44,219 nt of DNA from Myxococcota bacterium (GTDB lineage: Bacteria > Myxococcota_A > UBA9042). How positions within the stretch are numbered: the first letter of the stretch is position 1; each line of letters begins with the position of its first letter. The notes under the pieces were generated by a model. That model searched no databases. It was not told the DNA's origin and was given only the letters and a program-made list of their open reading frames with translations. The DNA is taken from positions 1-44,219 of the forward strand of contig JBIKTV010000003.1 in assembly GCA_044347905.1 (NCBI GenBank), given 5' to 3'. A program made the translations under genes and the position numbers. This document shows, one piece after another, positions 27,740 through 36,184 of the stretch.

Positions 27740-29386
27740 CTACTCCAGAATCATGCGCATCGCCACGCCCGCGACGATCACCCAGACCGGCTTGGCCTGG
27801 GGATCCTTGAGCGGATCGGCGGACCAAACGACCAGGTCAGCGCGCGAGCCGCTGCGGATCGCCACTTCGCCTGCCGCCGTGCCACCTGAGGTCAGCGCGG
27901 CCAGGGCGAGCTTCTCCGCGCGATCCTTGGGCATTTGCCCAGGGGCCGTCCGCAGCAGCGCCAAGCGATCAGCCAACGGGTCGGCGCCCAGCACGGGCAT
28001 GTCAGAACCGACGCGGATCGGGCAGCGCTCGGCCAATTCCAGGCCGCGATAGGCCCAGGTCATGCGCTCTGCCCCCAGGCGATCTTGGGCAAAGGCCTTG
28101 TCCATCTCCGCGTGGCGCGGCTGAATGCTGCACTCCACGCTCCCAGGCTCAAACCCCCGCAAGGTCTCGGGATCGACCACCTGGGCGTGCTCTATCCGCA
28201 CCGGCCGAGCCTGTTTGGGCCGACTCATCCCCTTGATCACCCTAATGATTTGCACAACGGCGGCGTCGCCAATCGCGTGCAGGGCCACCTGTAGCTGGCG
28301 TCGGTCGGCGCGCTCGATGACCTTCTGCAACTCCTCGTCACTGTACAGCAATTTTCCCGATTCCCCTGGCCGATCGGCGTAGGGCTTGGTCAGAGCAGCC
28401 GTTCGCGCGCCCAAGGTGCCGTCCAGCCACAGCTTGACCCCGGCGATCTCCAGCAAGCCCTTGTACGGCAAATTGAATGTCCCATCCAACAGGCGCTTTC
28501 CCTCGGGCCTCTCATAGTCGAGGAACAGCTTGACGCGCATCGGAAGGCGCCCTTCGTGCTCCAGCTCGGCCAGCACGGTCGCTACCGTCGCGGATTCGCC
28601 CATGGCGTGGACTTCCGTCAAGCCGACGCCCTGCAATTTCATCAGGGTTTGCCGCACCAAGGGCCGCAAACGCGCCGCCCGCAGCGACGGCAACTCGCGC
28701 CAAACCTTCTGCGCCAGCACCTCGTCGATCCGCCCGTCCGCGGCGACGACTTGGCTGCGCACCTCGGGCGTCAACCACGCGTGCAGCGCCGCCGTCACCC
28801 TGGCGCCGTGGCCGTCCGCGCGCGACAGATACGCGGGCTTGCCTTCCAGCGCGGCTTCTAGGTCGGCACTGGACAAATTGTCATAGGTTTCCTGGGGCAT
28901 GCCAAAGCCCCACAGCCACTCGTCCGCCGTCGCCAGGGCCACTTGCACCGCCGCCGCTAGGCTTGCCCGGTCGCGCACGCCGCGCAGATCGGCCGCGTCC
29001 ATCAGCTGGGCCACGCCCTGCAGGTGCACGTGGGCGTCGACCCACCCCGGCATGACCACCCCGCCCGGCACACTGACGAGTCGCGTCGCCGGCCCCAAGG
29101 TCGCAGAGATCTCCAGCGGCGTACCCACGGCCAGCACCTGATCGCCGCGCATGGTCACGGTCCGCGCTCCTGGCACGCCGTGTACGCTGGCGGCCACCAG
29201 GGCAAGGTCGGCATGGCTCGGCTCTGGCTTGGCCTTTGCGGCGCGCTGATGCGCCTCTGGGGTCGGTGGCGGCACGAGAAACCTCCTGACCGAGGCGCAG
29301 TGGGTCATGGCAATCGCCACGGCCATCCAGCCCAGCGCGCGCAAGGCGGGGCGATAGCGCTGGGGCACGACAAGGCGAGAATTCAC
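27740..29386 (-). CDS. Amidohydrolase-3 (YtcJ-like) metal-dependent hydrolase
   Basis: Motifs PGWVDAHVH, VKLWLDGTLGARTAAL, LHAIGD, RIEHAQ and GSDMP. Likely GTG start at 29386 overlaps the upstream TGA. Confidence 0.85.
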   Translation of the reverse strand: MNSRLVVPQRYRPALRALGWMAVAIAMTHCASVRRFLVPPPTPEAHQRAAKAKPEPSHADLALVAASVHGVPGARTVTMRGDQVLAVGTPLEISATLGPATRLVSVPGGVVMPGWVDAHVHLQGVAQLMDAADLRGVRDRASLAAAVQVALATADEWLWGFGMPQETYDNLSSADLEAALEGKPAYLSRADGHGARVTAALHAWLTPEVRSQVVAADGRIDEVLAQKVWRELPSLRAARLRPLVRQTLMKLQGVGLTEVHAMGESATVATVLAELEHEGRLPMRVKLFLDYERPEGKRLLDGTFNLPYKGLLEIAGVKLWLDGTLGARTAALTKPYADRPGESGKLLYSDEELQKVIERADRRQLQVALHAIGDAAVVQIIRVIKGMSRPKQARPVRIEHAQVVDPETLRGFEPGSVECSIQPRHAEMDKAFAQDRLGAERMTWAYRGLELAERCPIRVGSDMPVLGADPLADRLALLRTAPGQMPKDRAEKLALAALTSGGTAAGEVAIRSGSRADLVVWSADPLKDPQAKPVWVIVAGVAMRMILE

Positions 29387-29901
29387 GGCAGCTCCAGGGG
29401 TCGCGGGCCTCGCAAGCGCAACCGCTCGGGATCCCCCGGCCAAGGCTCCAGCTCATAGGCGATGCCGGTGCGCCGCCTTACCTCAGCGATCAGCGCGTCG
29501 CGATGGACGTAGATCGGCACGCCCCAGGAGCGCATTTTGCGCAGCATCTCAGGCCAAACCCGGTCAAATTCATCATCCGGAAGGCGGACTTTGCCCAGGC
29601 CAGGCGGCGTACCGTAGGGGCAATCGCTGGCCAGGTAGCCAAGCGGCGCGGCCTCATCTGCGTGGTGGCACCAAGGCGCGCGGGCAAAGCGATCCAGGTA
29701 GACCGTGCAGCCAAAGCGGCCGTCCGGCTCCTGCTCCAAGAATTGGCAGCGCAAGCCGGGAACGGCCACCAAGCCGTGGCGGTCCGATGGTATGGCCATG
29801 TGGCAGCTGATACCGCAGCGACGGCACTTGCCCTCGTGGTCAGCGTCAGCGCGAAAGACAGTTGCTTCGCGGAGTTCTGCTTGGGGGACGCCCTCGCTCA
29901 A
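29383..29901 (-). CDS. YkgJ/YcgN-like cysteine-cluster protein
   Basis: CRRCGISC...CQFL...CTVYLDR..APWC...CPY. Likely TTG start at 29901 overlaps the upstream TGA; the longer ORF to 30045 overlaps another gene. Confidence 0.7.
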   Translation of the reverse strand: MSEGVPQAELREATVFRADADHEGKCRRCGISCHMAIPSDRHGLVAVPGLRCQFLEQEPDGRFGCTVYLDRFARAPWCHHADEAAPLGYLASDCPYGTPPGLGKVRLPDDEFDRVWPEMLRKMRSWGVPIYVHRDALIAEVRRRTGIAYELEPWPGDPERLRLRGPRPLELP

Positions 29902-31016
29902 GGCTGGCCGACCCCTTGGGCAAGCTGGCGCGCCGCTGGGCTGGCCGGAGCTGCCGCGCTGCTGGAACCGCCGTCGCGGACGAACAACAGGTAGCTGGCC
30001 ACCGCCGCCCCGGCACCCACAAGCGCGTAGGTCGAGCCGAGCCAATGCTTGTTCGTGCTCTTGACGCCCCGCGGATCATCCATGTCTACCAGCAGATACG
30101 AGCCAAGCCCGTACATGCCGTAGCCAAAAAGCCCGGTTCCCACCGCCATGCCGCCCCAACCCGCCGCCTTAGCGCCGCTAAACGCTGAAGCGGGCGGCTC
30201 TAGGCCCATGCACCCGGCCTCGACGGTCTGATCCGAGCCGACTTCAACCGTCACGCCGACTTGGCGGCCATCGCGCATACACACCACGCTGTGCTTGCCG
30301 GGCTCCACCATCTTGGGCGGAGCGCGATCGCCCAGGCGCTTGGCGTCGTCGATCTCAAAAATCGCCCCGTCAATCGTGATGAGCGCGCCCTTGAGCCCGC
30401 TTGGCACCACCACAATCAGGCGCCCCTCTTTTTCATTGAGGTTGATGTTCAATTCCGCGGTTTCGCCAATGCGGATCTCGACATCGCGGGTCACAGGCCG
30501 CTTGCCCGGAACGCCGGCCTCAACTTTGTGGCGACCTGGGGCAATCCACTTGGTAAACGGCAGGGGAATATCCGCGCCGTCGAGCATCGCCCGGGCACTG
30601 GCTGGCTCGGCGATGACCTTGAGCTCGCCCTTTTGGCGCATCTCTTCGCCGGTGCCCAACAGCTCATCGGTCAGGATCTTGACCAGCGGCTTGGGCAGTT
30701 GCGCCAGACCGTCCTTGACCACCTTGTACGCGGACTCCGCCTCGCGCAGTTTGCCCAGCGCACGCAGCGCCCGGCCCTTGAGCAAGGTGATCGCCGGGTG
30801 ACCGTAGATGCGCTCGGCTTGCTCGGCAAGGTCAGCCGCCTTGTCGAACTCCTTGGCATCAAACCGATCCTTGGCTTCCTTGTAGATCGCGTTGGCCCGC
30901 ACCTCGGCGTCGCCCGCCCATGCCGGTGTCGCGACGAGTCCCGAAGCGAGCACGACCGCGCTGCACGTCAGCGCCAACGCCCTCTGCACAGCCCTTGGCA
31001 AAAGCGCTTTCACCAT
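29898..31016 (-). CDS. TPR + PEGA-domain membrane protein
   Basis: Signal peptide, TPR-like helices and PEGA-like segments (EPASARAMLDG...IAPGRHKVEAGVPG; GALITIDG...VEPGKHSV). Two C-terminal hydrophobic segments. Confidence 0.75.
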   Translation of the reverse strand: MVKALLPRAVQRALALTCSAVVLASGLVATPAWAGDAEVRANAIYKEAKDRFDAKEFDKAADLAEQAERIYGHPAITLLKGRALRALGKLREAESAYKVVKDGLAQLPKPLVKILTDELLGTGEEMRQKGELKVIAEPASARAMLDGADIPLPFTKWIAPGRHKVEAGVPGKRPVTRDVEIRIGETAELNINLNEKEGRLIVVVPSGLKGALITIDGAIFEIDDAKRLGDRAPPKMVEPGKHSVVCMRDGRQVGVTVEVGSDQTVEAGCMGLEPPASAFSGAKAAGWGGMAVGTGLFGYGMYGLGSYLLVDMDDPRGVKSTNKHWLGSTYALVGAGAAVASYLLFVRDGGSSSAAAPASPAARQLAQGVGQP

Positions 31017-32887
31017 TCCACCTTGGGTTTAGCCTTCTTGATCACCGACTTGGCTGCCGTGAGCGTCACGGGGTACACCGGCTTGGCCGGAGCCAGCAAG
31101 TACAGGTCGTTGTAAACCAGCTCAAATGTGTCGTGACCGGCCTTCTTGAAGGTCACTTTCTGGCCGCCGTTGGGCTTGAGCTCGACCTCACACGGGGTCG
31201 TGCAGCTCTCCTTGCCATCGACGAGCACGGTCGCTCCGGGCGGCGTTGTCTCCAGGCGGACCTTGCGAGACTCGCCAGCAGGCGGCTGACCCGCGGCGGC
31301 AACTCCGGCTTGGGAAGGCGTGGCTGAACCGGGCAAAGCGCTGGCCTTTTCAGCCGCAGCCTTGGCGGCAGCTTCTTGATCAGCCTTTTCCTTGTCGGCC
31401 TTTTCCTTGTCGGCCTTTTCTTGGTCGGCCTTGGCTTTTTCTGCCAATTCCTGCTCGGCCTTGTCTTTCTCAGCCTGGGACTTGTCTGCAGAACCGGCCC
31501 CGCCACCGCGATCGTCGTTGGCAATCTCTGCCGCTTTCGCCGGGCCCTTGGCGTCTTCCTTGCCGCTCAGCAAAGCGATCACCGCTCCGCCGACCACGAG
31601 CACCGCAATCGTCAACAGCAACAACAGGTTGCGCACAGAAGGGCCGCTCTGGGCCGGCGCGGCACTTTTGGCCCCGCCGCTCGCCGCCGCTTCCTTGGCG
31701 CCTTTGCCCTTGCCACCGGAGGAATTGTCTTTACCGGCCTGCAATTGCGCGCGAGCAGCGTCGAGGTCGAGGGCCATCGTCGCGGCGTTTGCCGTAGCCG
31801 ATCCTGAAGTCGCGGAGGTGTCGAGCGCCATCGTCCGCTCGGAGTCCATCCCGCCGCCCGAACCGTACTGCACGTCGGCCACGTCCAAAGCGCGGGTCGC
31901 CTCGGGCTCAGCGCTCTTCGTCACGGGCATCTGCTGCGATTTGCGCGACGGCGGCGGCACGGTCACCGGCTTGCCCGGCGTGCGGTTGCCCAGCGCGGCG
32001 AACTGCCCAGACGGATAGCGACCGCCGTGCAGCATCGCCATCACCCCGTCGATCGCCTCCAGCACCTCTTCTGCCGACTGGTGCCGCTGCACTGCCTTCT
32101 TGGACAGCATCTTGAACACGAGGTGATCGAGCTCGTCGGGCACGTAGAGGTCCGGATCGACATCGGCAAAGCGCGGCGGCGGCTCCTGAACGTGCTTGAT
32201 CGCCACGGCAATCGGATCTTCGGCGACAAATGGCGGCCGGCCGGTCAGCATCTCAAACAGGATTACGCCCAGCGAATACAGGTCGCTCGCCGGCGAAAGC
32301 GGCAGGCCCTGCGCCTGTTCCGGCGACAGGTAGCGAGGCGTGCCAAACATCTTGCCGGCCTGCGTCAGCTCTGCGCCGCCCGCTTCCAGAAACTTGGCGA
32401 TGCCAAAGTCGATGACCTTGATGAAGTCTTTTTCGCCGTAAATGTCGCAGACAAAGATATTGTCGGGCTTGAGGTCGCGGTGGATGATGCCCTTGCTGTG
32501 GGCTTCCGCCAGCGACTTGAGCACCTGCCGGACCATGTACATGCAGCGCGTCGTGTCGAGCCGCCCGCGCTTGAGGACCGCCGTCAGGGTCTCACCCGTC
32601 AAGAATTCCAGCGCCATATAGATATGGGCATCGGAGCGGCCAAAATCGAGCACGCTAATCGTGTTGGGGTGGCGCAACTGGTTGGCGGCGCGGGCTTCCT
32701 GCTCAAAGCGCAAGACCTGCTTTTCATCGGAGACCAAGTGGGGGGCGAGGATCTTGATCGCCACGACCTTGTTCGACATCTGCAGGTCTTGGCCCTGAAA
32801 CACCGAGCCCATGCCGCCTTGGCCGATCATCTTGATCAGCTTGTAGCGGCCTGCGAGGGTTTTTCCGACCAGGTTGCTGCCGTCCAT
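31010..32887 (-). CDS. Membrane Ser/Thr protein kinase (Hanks type) with extracytoplasmic PEGA domain
   Basis: Motifs IGQGGMGSVF, VAIK, HRDLKPDN, DFG and GTPRYLSPEQ. TM segment LLLLLTIAVLVVGGAVIALL, then PEGA-like ETTPPGATVLVDG..TTPC. Confidence 0.93.
   Translation of the reverse strand: MDGSNLVGKTLAGRYKLIKMIGQGGMGSVFQGQDLQMSNKVVAIKILAPHLVSDEKQVLRFEQEARAANQLRHPNTISVLDFGRSDAHIYMALEFLTGETLTAVLKRGRLDTTRCMYMVRQVLKSLAEAHSKGIIHRDLKPDNIFVCDIYGEKDFIKVIDFGIAKFLEAGGAELTQAGKMFGTPRYLSPEQAQGLPLSPASDLYSLGVILFEMLTGRPPFVAEDPIAVAIKHVQEPPPRFADVDPDLYVPDELDHLVFKMLSKKAVQRHQSAEEVLEAIDGVMAMLHGGRYPSGQFAALGNRTPGKPVTVPPPSRKSQQMPVTKSAEPEATRALDVADVQYGSGGGMDSERTMALDTSATSGSATANAATMALDLDAARAQLQAGKDNSSGGKGKGAKEAAASGGAKSAAPAQSGPSVRNLLLLLTIAVLVVGGAVIALLSGKEDAKGPAKAAEIANDDRGGGAGSADKSQAEKDKAEQELAEKAKADQEKADKEKADKEKADQEAAAKAAAEKASALPGSATPSQAGVAAAGQPPAGESRKVRLETTPPGATVLVDGKESCTTPCEVELKPNGGQKVTFKKAGHDTFELVYNDLYLLAPAKPVYPVTLTAAKSVIKKAKPKVEW
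31373..31433 (-). repeat. 15-bp coding tandem repeat (EKADK/EKADQ) in the kinase linker
   Basis: gccttttccttgtcg units on the + strand; protein KADQEKADKEKADKEKADQE. Confidence 0.85.
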
Positions 32888-33487
32888 GCGCTCTTTTGGG
32901 ACCAGGTTGCGGCGTCGCGGCCGCTCGGTCCCTCCCTAGGATGAAGATGCTCGACGCCCCAAAGGGCAAACTGCACACCGATGTTCGCGCCCTTGAGCCG
33001 GGCAAGCGGATCGCGTTCCGGGTCAACGGCCTCTTTGGAGAACCGCTGTCGGACAACTGTGCAGCATAGCAGAAGCAGACCTGCGAGCAAGCCAACGCCG
33101 ACCTTGCCGTGGGCGCGGCTCCAATTGAGGCGTCAAGAAAAGACCCCAGAAAACCTGGCCTGACTCCCTATTGGGAACGCCACAAGCGCTCCGGCCCCGC
33201 AGAATGTCGCCCTGGTGGCCCGGTCAATCTGGCTGAAGTCTCTGCTTCCATGGCCGGAAGGGCCGCGGCGAGCCCTGGCCCCCCTTTTTGGATCCTCACC
33301 CACCGGTGTCTCTGGGGGTAGAGCTTGGCCGGGCGGCGTGCTAGGCTCCCCAATCACCTGCGGTTGGGCCATGGTCGCAGGGCCGGGCGCGCTGCCCGCA
33401 CAACTGCCGTGCCCAAATTGACCTTGGGCGTTCGATCCGCACCACAGGCGGGCCACGCCGGCGCAGATAGACCAGAAGGAGCTGCCG

Positions 33488-34078
33488 ATGCCAACCTGGG
33501 CCCCCCGCTGCCAATCCCCAACCGCCAGCGCTTTTGGGCCCGTTCGCCTGAGGCACCGATCGTCCTGGGCGGCGCTGGTCCTGGCGGCGCTTGTGAGTGT
33601 GGCAGCGGGCAGCGGTTGCCGGCCGACCACGACGGTGGGCGCCAGTCACGCCGTCGGCGACTCCAAGAAGGCCGCAGAGCAGACGGTTTCTTCTAACCAG
33701 CTCAAGCAAAAGGGCGGGCTCTGCGATCTCAACAAGCGCGTCACCGGCCCCACCGGTCCAGAGGGCGTCATTTGGCGCATGTACCAGGTAGCGCAGGAAC
33801 CCGACGGCGAAGAGAGCTTTGCCCGGTTTGCCGCGCTGTTCCCTTCGACCAAGAATGTCCGCGAAATCCGCGAAAACTATTGGCAACGCGTGCGAACCAA
33901 TGTCAAAAAATACTTGGTCGAGCCGCCCAAGCCGGACTTTGTGATCTGCCGCACCGCCTACCGCGACGATGGGACCATGTACTACGTGGTCACCTCGGAC
34001 CCGCGGCAGTCGCCCCCGCCGATCACGGTTGGCCCGGCCGATGGCACCGACAAGATCGTGTTCTTGACGCCTTTCTGA
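33488..34078 (+). CDS. Hypothetical lipoprotein
   Basis: AAGGAG RBS. Hydrophobic stretch ending AAGSGC, followed by a compact domain with host-like codon usage. Confidence 0.65.
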   Translation: MPTWAPRCQSPTASAFGPVRLRHRSSWAALVLAALVSVAAGSGCRPTTTVGASHAVGDSKKAAEQTVSSNQLKQKGGLCDLNKRVTGPTGPEGVIWRMYQVAQEPDGEESFARFAALFPSTKNVREIRENYWQRVRTNVKKYLVEPPKPDFVICRTAYRDDGTMYYVVTSDPRQSPPPITVGPADGTDKIVFLTPF

Positions 34079-34159
34079 TAGGCTGAGCCCGCGTTTAGCT
34101 GGGATCGACCGGGGCCACACCTGCGCCAACCGCCGCTTGAGAGCCCCCCCGGCATCGCT

Positions 34160-34202
34160 CCTGACCTGAACCTGACCTGCTAAAGCCGCTGAACCTGACC
34201 TG
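34160..34202. repeat. CCTGACCTG direct repeats, 3 copies (11- and 23-bp spacing)
   Basis: Copies at 34160, 34171 and 34194. The longer CTGAACCTGACCTG occurs at 34166 and 34189. Confidence 0.8.
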
Positions 34203-34264
34203 TTTCTGCCCCTGGCCCCGACCGTCAAGCGGGCCTAGACTGCGACCTCGCCCACAGGGAGTCC

Positions 34265-36121
34265 ATGATGCGCTCGCCCTTTTCTGCCCTTCTCCGCCGC
34301 CAGTCGGCCGCCCCCGCAGTCATTGCGAGCGCGACGGCGATGTTGACCTTGCTGGGCACCGTCCTGGCCGGCTGCGAATCGCAGGACCTGCCCGCACAAG
34401 AGACCGGCGGCGTGGCAACCCAGGTGGCGGCGCTGGCGACCTGCGGCGGGCAAGTGGCCGACCCGTTTGCCGCCCTCAAGACCCTGAAGCTGGTGGTGCG
34501 TGAACCCGGGGCCAACGGCTTGGTCGTCGCCGGCTCGAGCCCGACCGCTTCGTACAGCACGGGCAAAAGCAGCCTGGTCTTCAGTGACATCAAGGCGGGC
34601 AGTCCGTTTGAAGTGACGCTGATGGGCTTTGGCAGCGGCGGCGGAACGGCCCAGTGGTTTGGCCGGCGCACCGGCGTCAACATCAAGAAGAATGACACGA
34701 CCTCGCTGGATATGGCCTTGATGGCAGTGGAGAATTTCACTTGCGTCGGCACCAAGAACATGGCCAATGCGCTGTTTAGTTCGTCTGTGGTCATGGACAA
34801 CGGCCGCGTGCTCATCACCGGCGGTTTCACTAACGCCACGCCGGATGGCGGCCTGGTCCGCCTGGAGTCACCTAGCGACGCCGCGTACATTTTTGACCCC
34901 AATACGGGCGCTTTTGCCCGGGCTAAGGGCCTGATGAAAGAGGCGCGGGCCGGTCACTCGATGATCTACCTGCCCAAGCTCAATCAGGTGCTGGTGGTGG
35001 GCGGCGCTAAGAAGATGAGCATCGCTGCGGACGGTTCGGCCCCGCCGATGTGGAGCGTGACCGACGGAACCAGCCTGTCTTATGAGGTCTACGATGTCGC
35101 CACGGACACGTTCATGGCCGGCGCCGACAACGGCCTGCACGCCAAAAAGCGGGTATTTCCCAACCTGATTGCCCTGACGGACGACTATGTGGTGGCGCTG
35201 GGCGGCGCGCCGTGGCCGATTTCCAACAGCGACGACTACGCCAAGTCGGACTTGTTCAACTCGACGCGGACCCAGGGTCAAAAGACCGGCAAGTTTGTCG
35301 CGGCGGAGAACACGTTGCAGCTCAACGCGGTGCGCGCGGGCTCGGCGGTGGCCTACATCGGTCCAACCAGCAACGGCACCAACCGCTACCTGATCTGGGG
35401 CGGCACGACCATCGACCAGGGCTACGATCCGGGCAACCAGCTGACCACGGCGATCAAGCACGCGGAGCGCTTCAAGGAGTCGACCGAACCCGGCACCGGC
35501 GAATTCTCTTCGGACTACAAGCTGGAGGGAGACTTCCCGACCGATTTTCCGCTGTTCTTCCCCACGCTGACCCGCATCGGCAAGACCACGGAGAAGAGCG
35601 GAGAATACTACCACTTTCTGTCGATCGGCGGCGTGCGCTACGACCCCAAGACCAAGACTTGGCTGGCGCCCAAGGCCGATGACGTCTTCCGCATTTCGCT
35701 CAAGGAGGCCACGGAGTCGACCAAGGGCCGCATCCTGACCACTCGGGTGCCCGGCCTGAGCAAAGGCGTGTATTTTCATCAGTCCAATCTGGCGGGTACC
35801 GGCCATGTCGTCACGAGCGGTGGCTTCTCTGCCCACGCCCAGCAGGTCAGCCAGACGATGCAAGCTTTTACCCTGCCCTCGGCTGGGCCGTTCTACGTGG
35901 ACGACACGAAGCTGACCGTCGACAAGGCCAAGCTCCCAGCGGTAGTAGCCCTGCCCGCGGCCAAGAGCTTTGTAATGCGCGGCGGTCACAGCGGTCTAAC
36001 CCTGCGCAATGATTGCGTGCTCATGTTTGGCGGCACTTCGGTCCTGGGCGCCGGCGGACTGTCGTCGACCCAAGCCGCGACGGCCGACATTTACTGCCCC
36101 AAGTTCCTGCTGCCCAACTAG
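34265..36121 (+). CDS. Kelch-repeat (7-blade beta-propeller) lipoprotein
   Basis: Lipobox LAGC. Seven hydrophobic-GG motifs: VLITGG, VLVVGG, VVALGG, YLIWGG, FLSIGG, VVTSGG and VLMFGG. Confidence 0.75.
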   Translation: MMRSPFSALLRRQSAAPAVIASATAMLTLLGTVLAGCESQDLPAQETGGVATQVAALATCGGQVADPFAALKTLKLVVREPGANGLVVAGSSPTASYSTGKSSLVFSDIKAGSPFEVTLMGFGSGGGTAQWFGRRTGVNIKKNDTTSLDMALMAVENFTCVGTKNMANALFSSSVVMDNGRVLITGGFTNATPDGGLVRLESPSDAAYIFDPNTGAFARAKGLMKEARAGHSMIYLPKLNQVLVVGGAKKMSIAADGSAPPMWSVTDGTSLSYEVYDVATDTFMAGADNGLHAKKRVFPNLIALTDDYVVALGGAPWPISNSDDYAKSDLFNSTRTQGQKTGKFVAAENTLQLNAVRAGSAVAYIGPTSNGTNRYLIWGGTTIDQGYDPGNQLTTAIKHAERFKESTEPGTGEFSSDYKLEGDFPTDFPLFFPTLTRIGKTTEKSGEYYHFLSIGGVRYDPKTKTWLAPKADDVFRISLKEATESTKGRILTTRVPGLSKGVYFHQSNLAGTGHVVTSGGFSAHAQQVSQTMQAFTLPSAGPFYVDDTKLTVDKAKLPAVVALPAAKSFVMRGGHSGLTLRNDCVLMFGGTSVLGAGGLSSTQAATADIYCPKFLLPN

Positions 36122-36184
36122 CAGGGGAACGCTCCGGGCCTGGCCACCGGGCCAAGCGCCGCGACTGCAACCCTGCCCACAAGT

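Noticed and set aside
33133-33630. 165-aa minus-strand ORF as an intact gene
   Set aside because: It overlaps the better-supported 33488 lipoprotein gene and has only one degenerate RCC1-like repeat. Kept only as a possible remnant.
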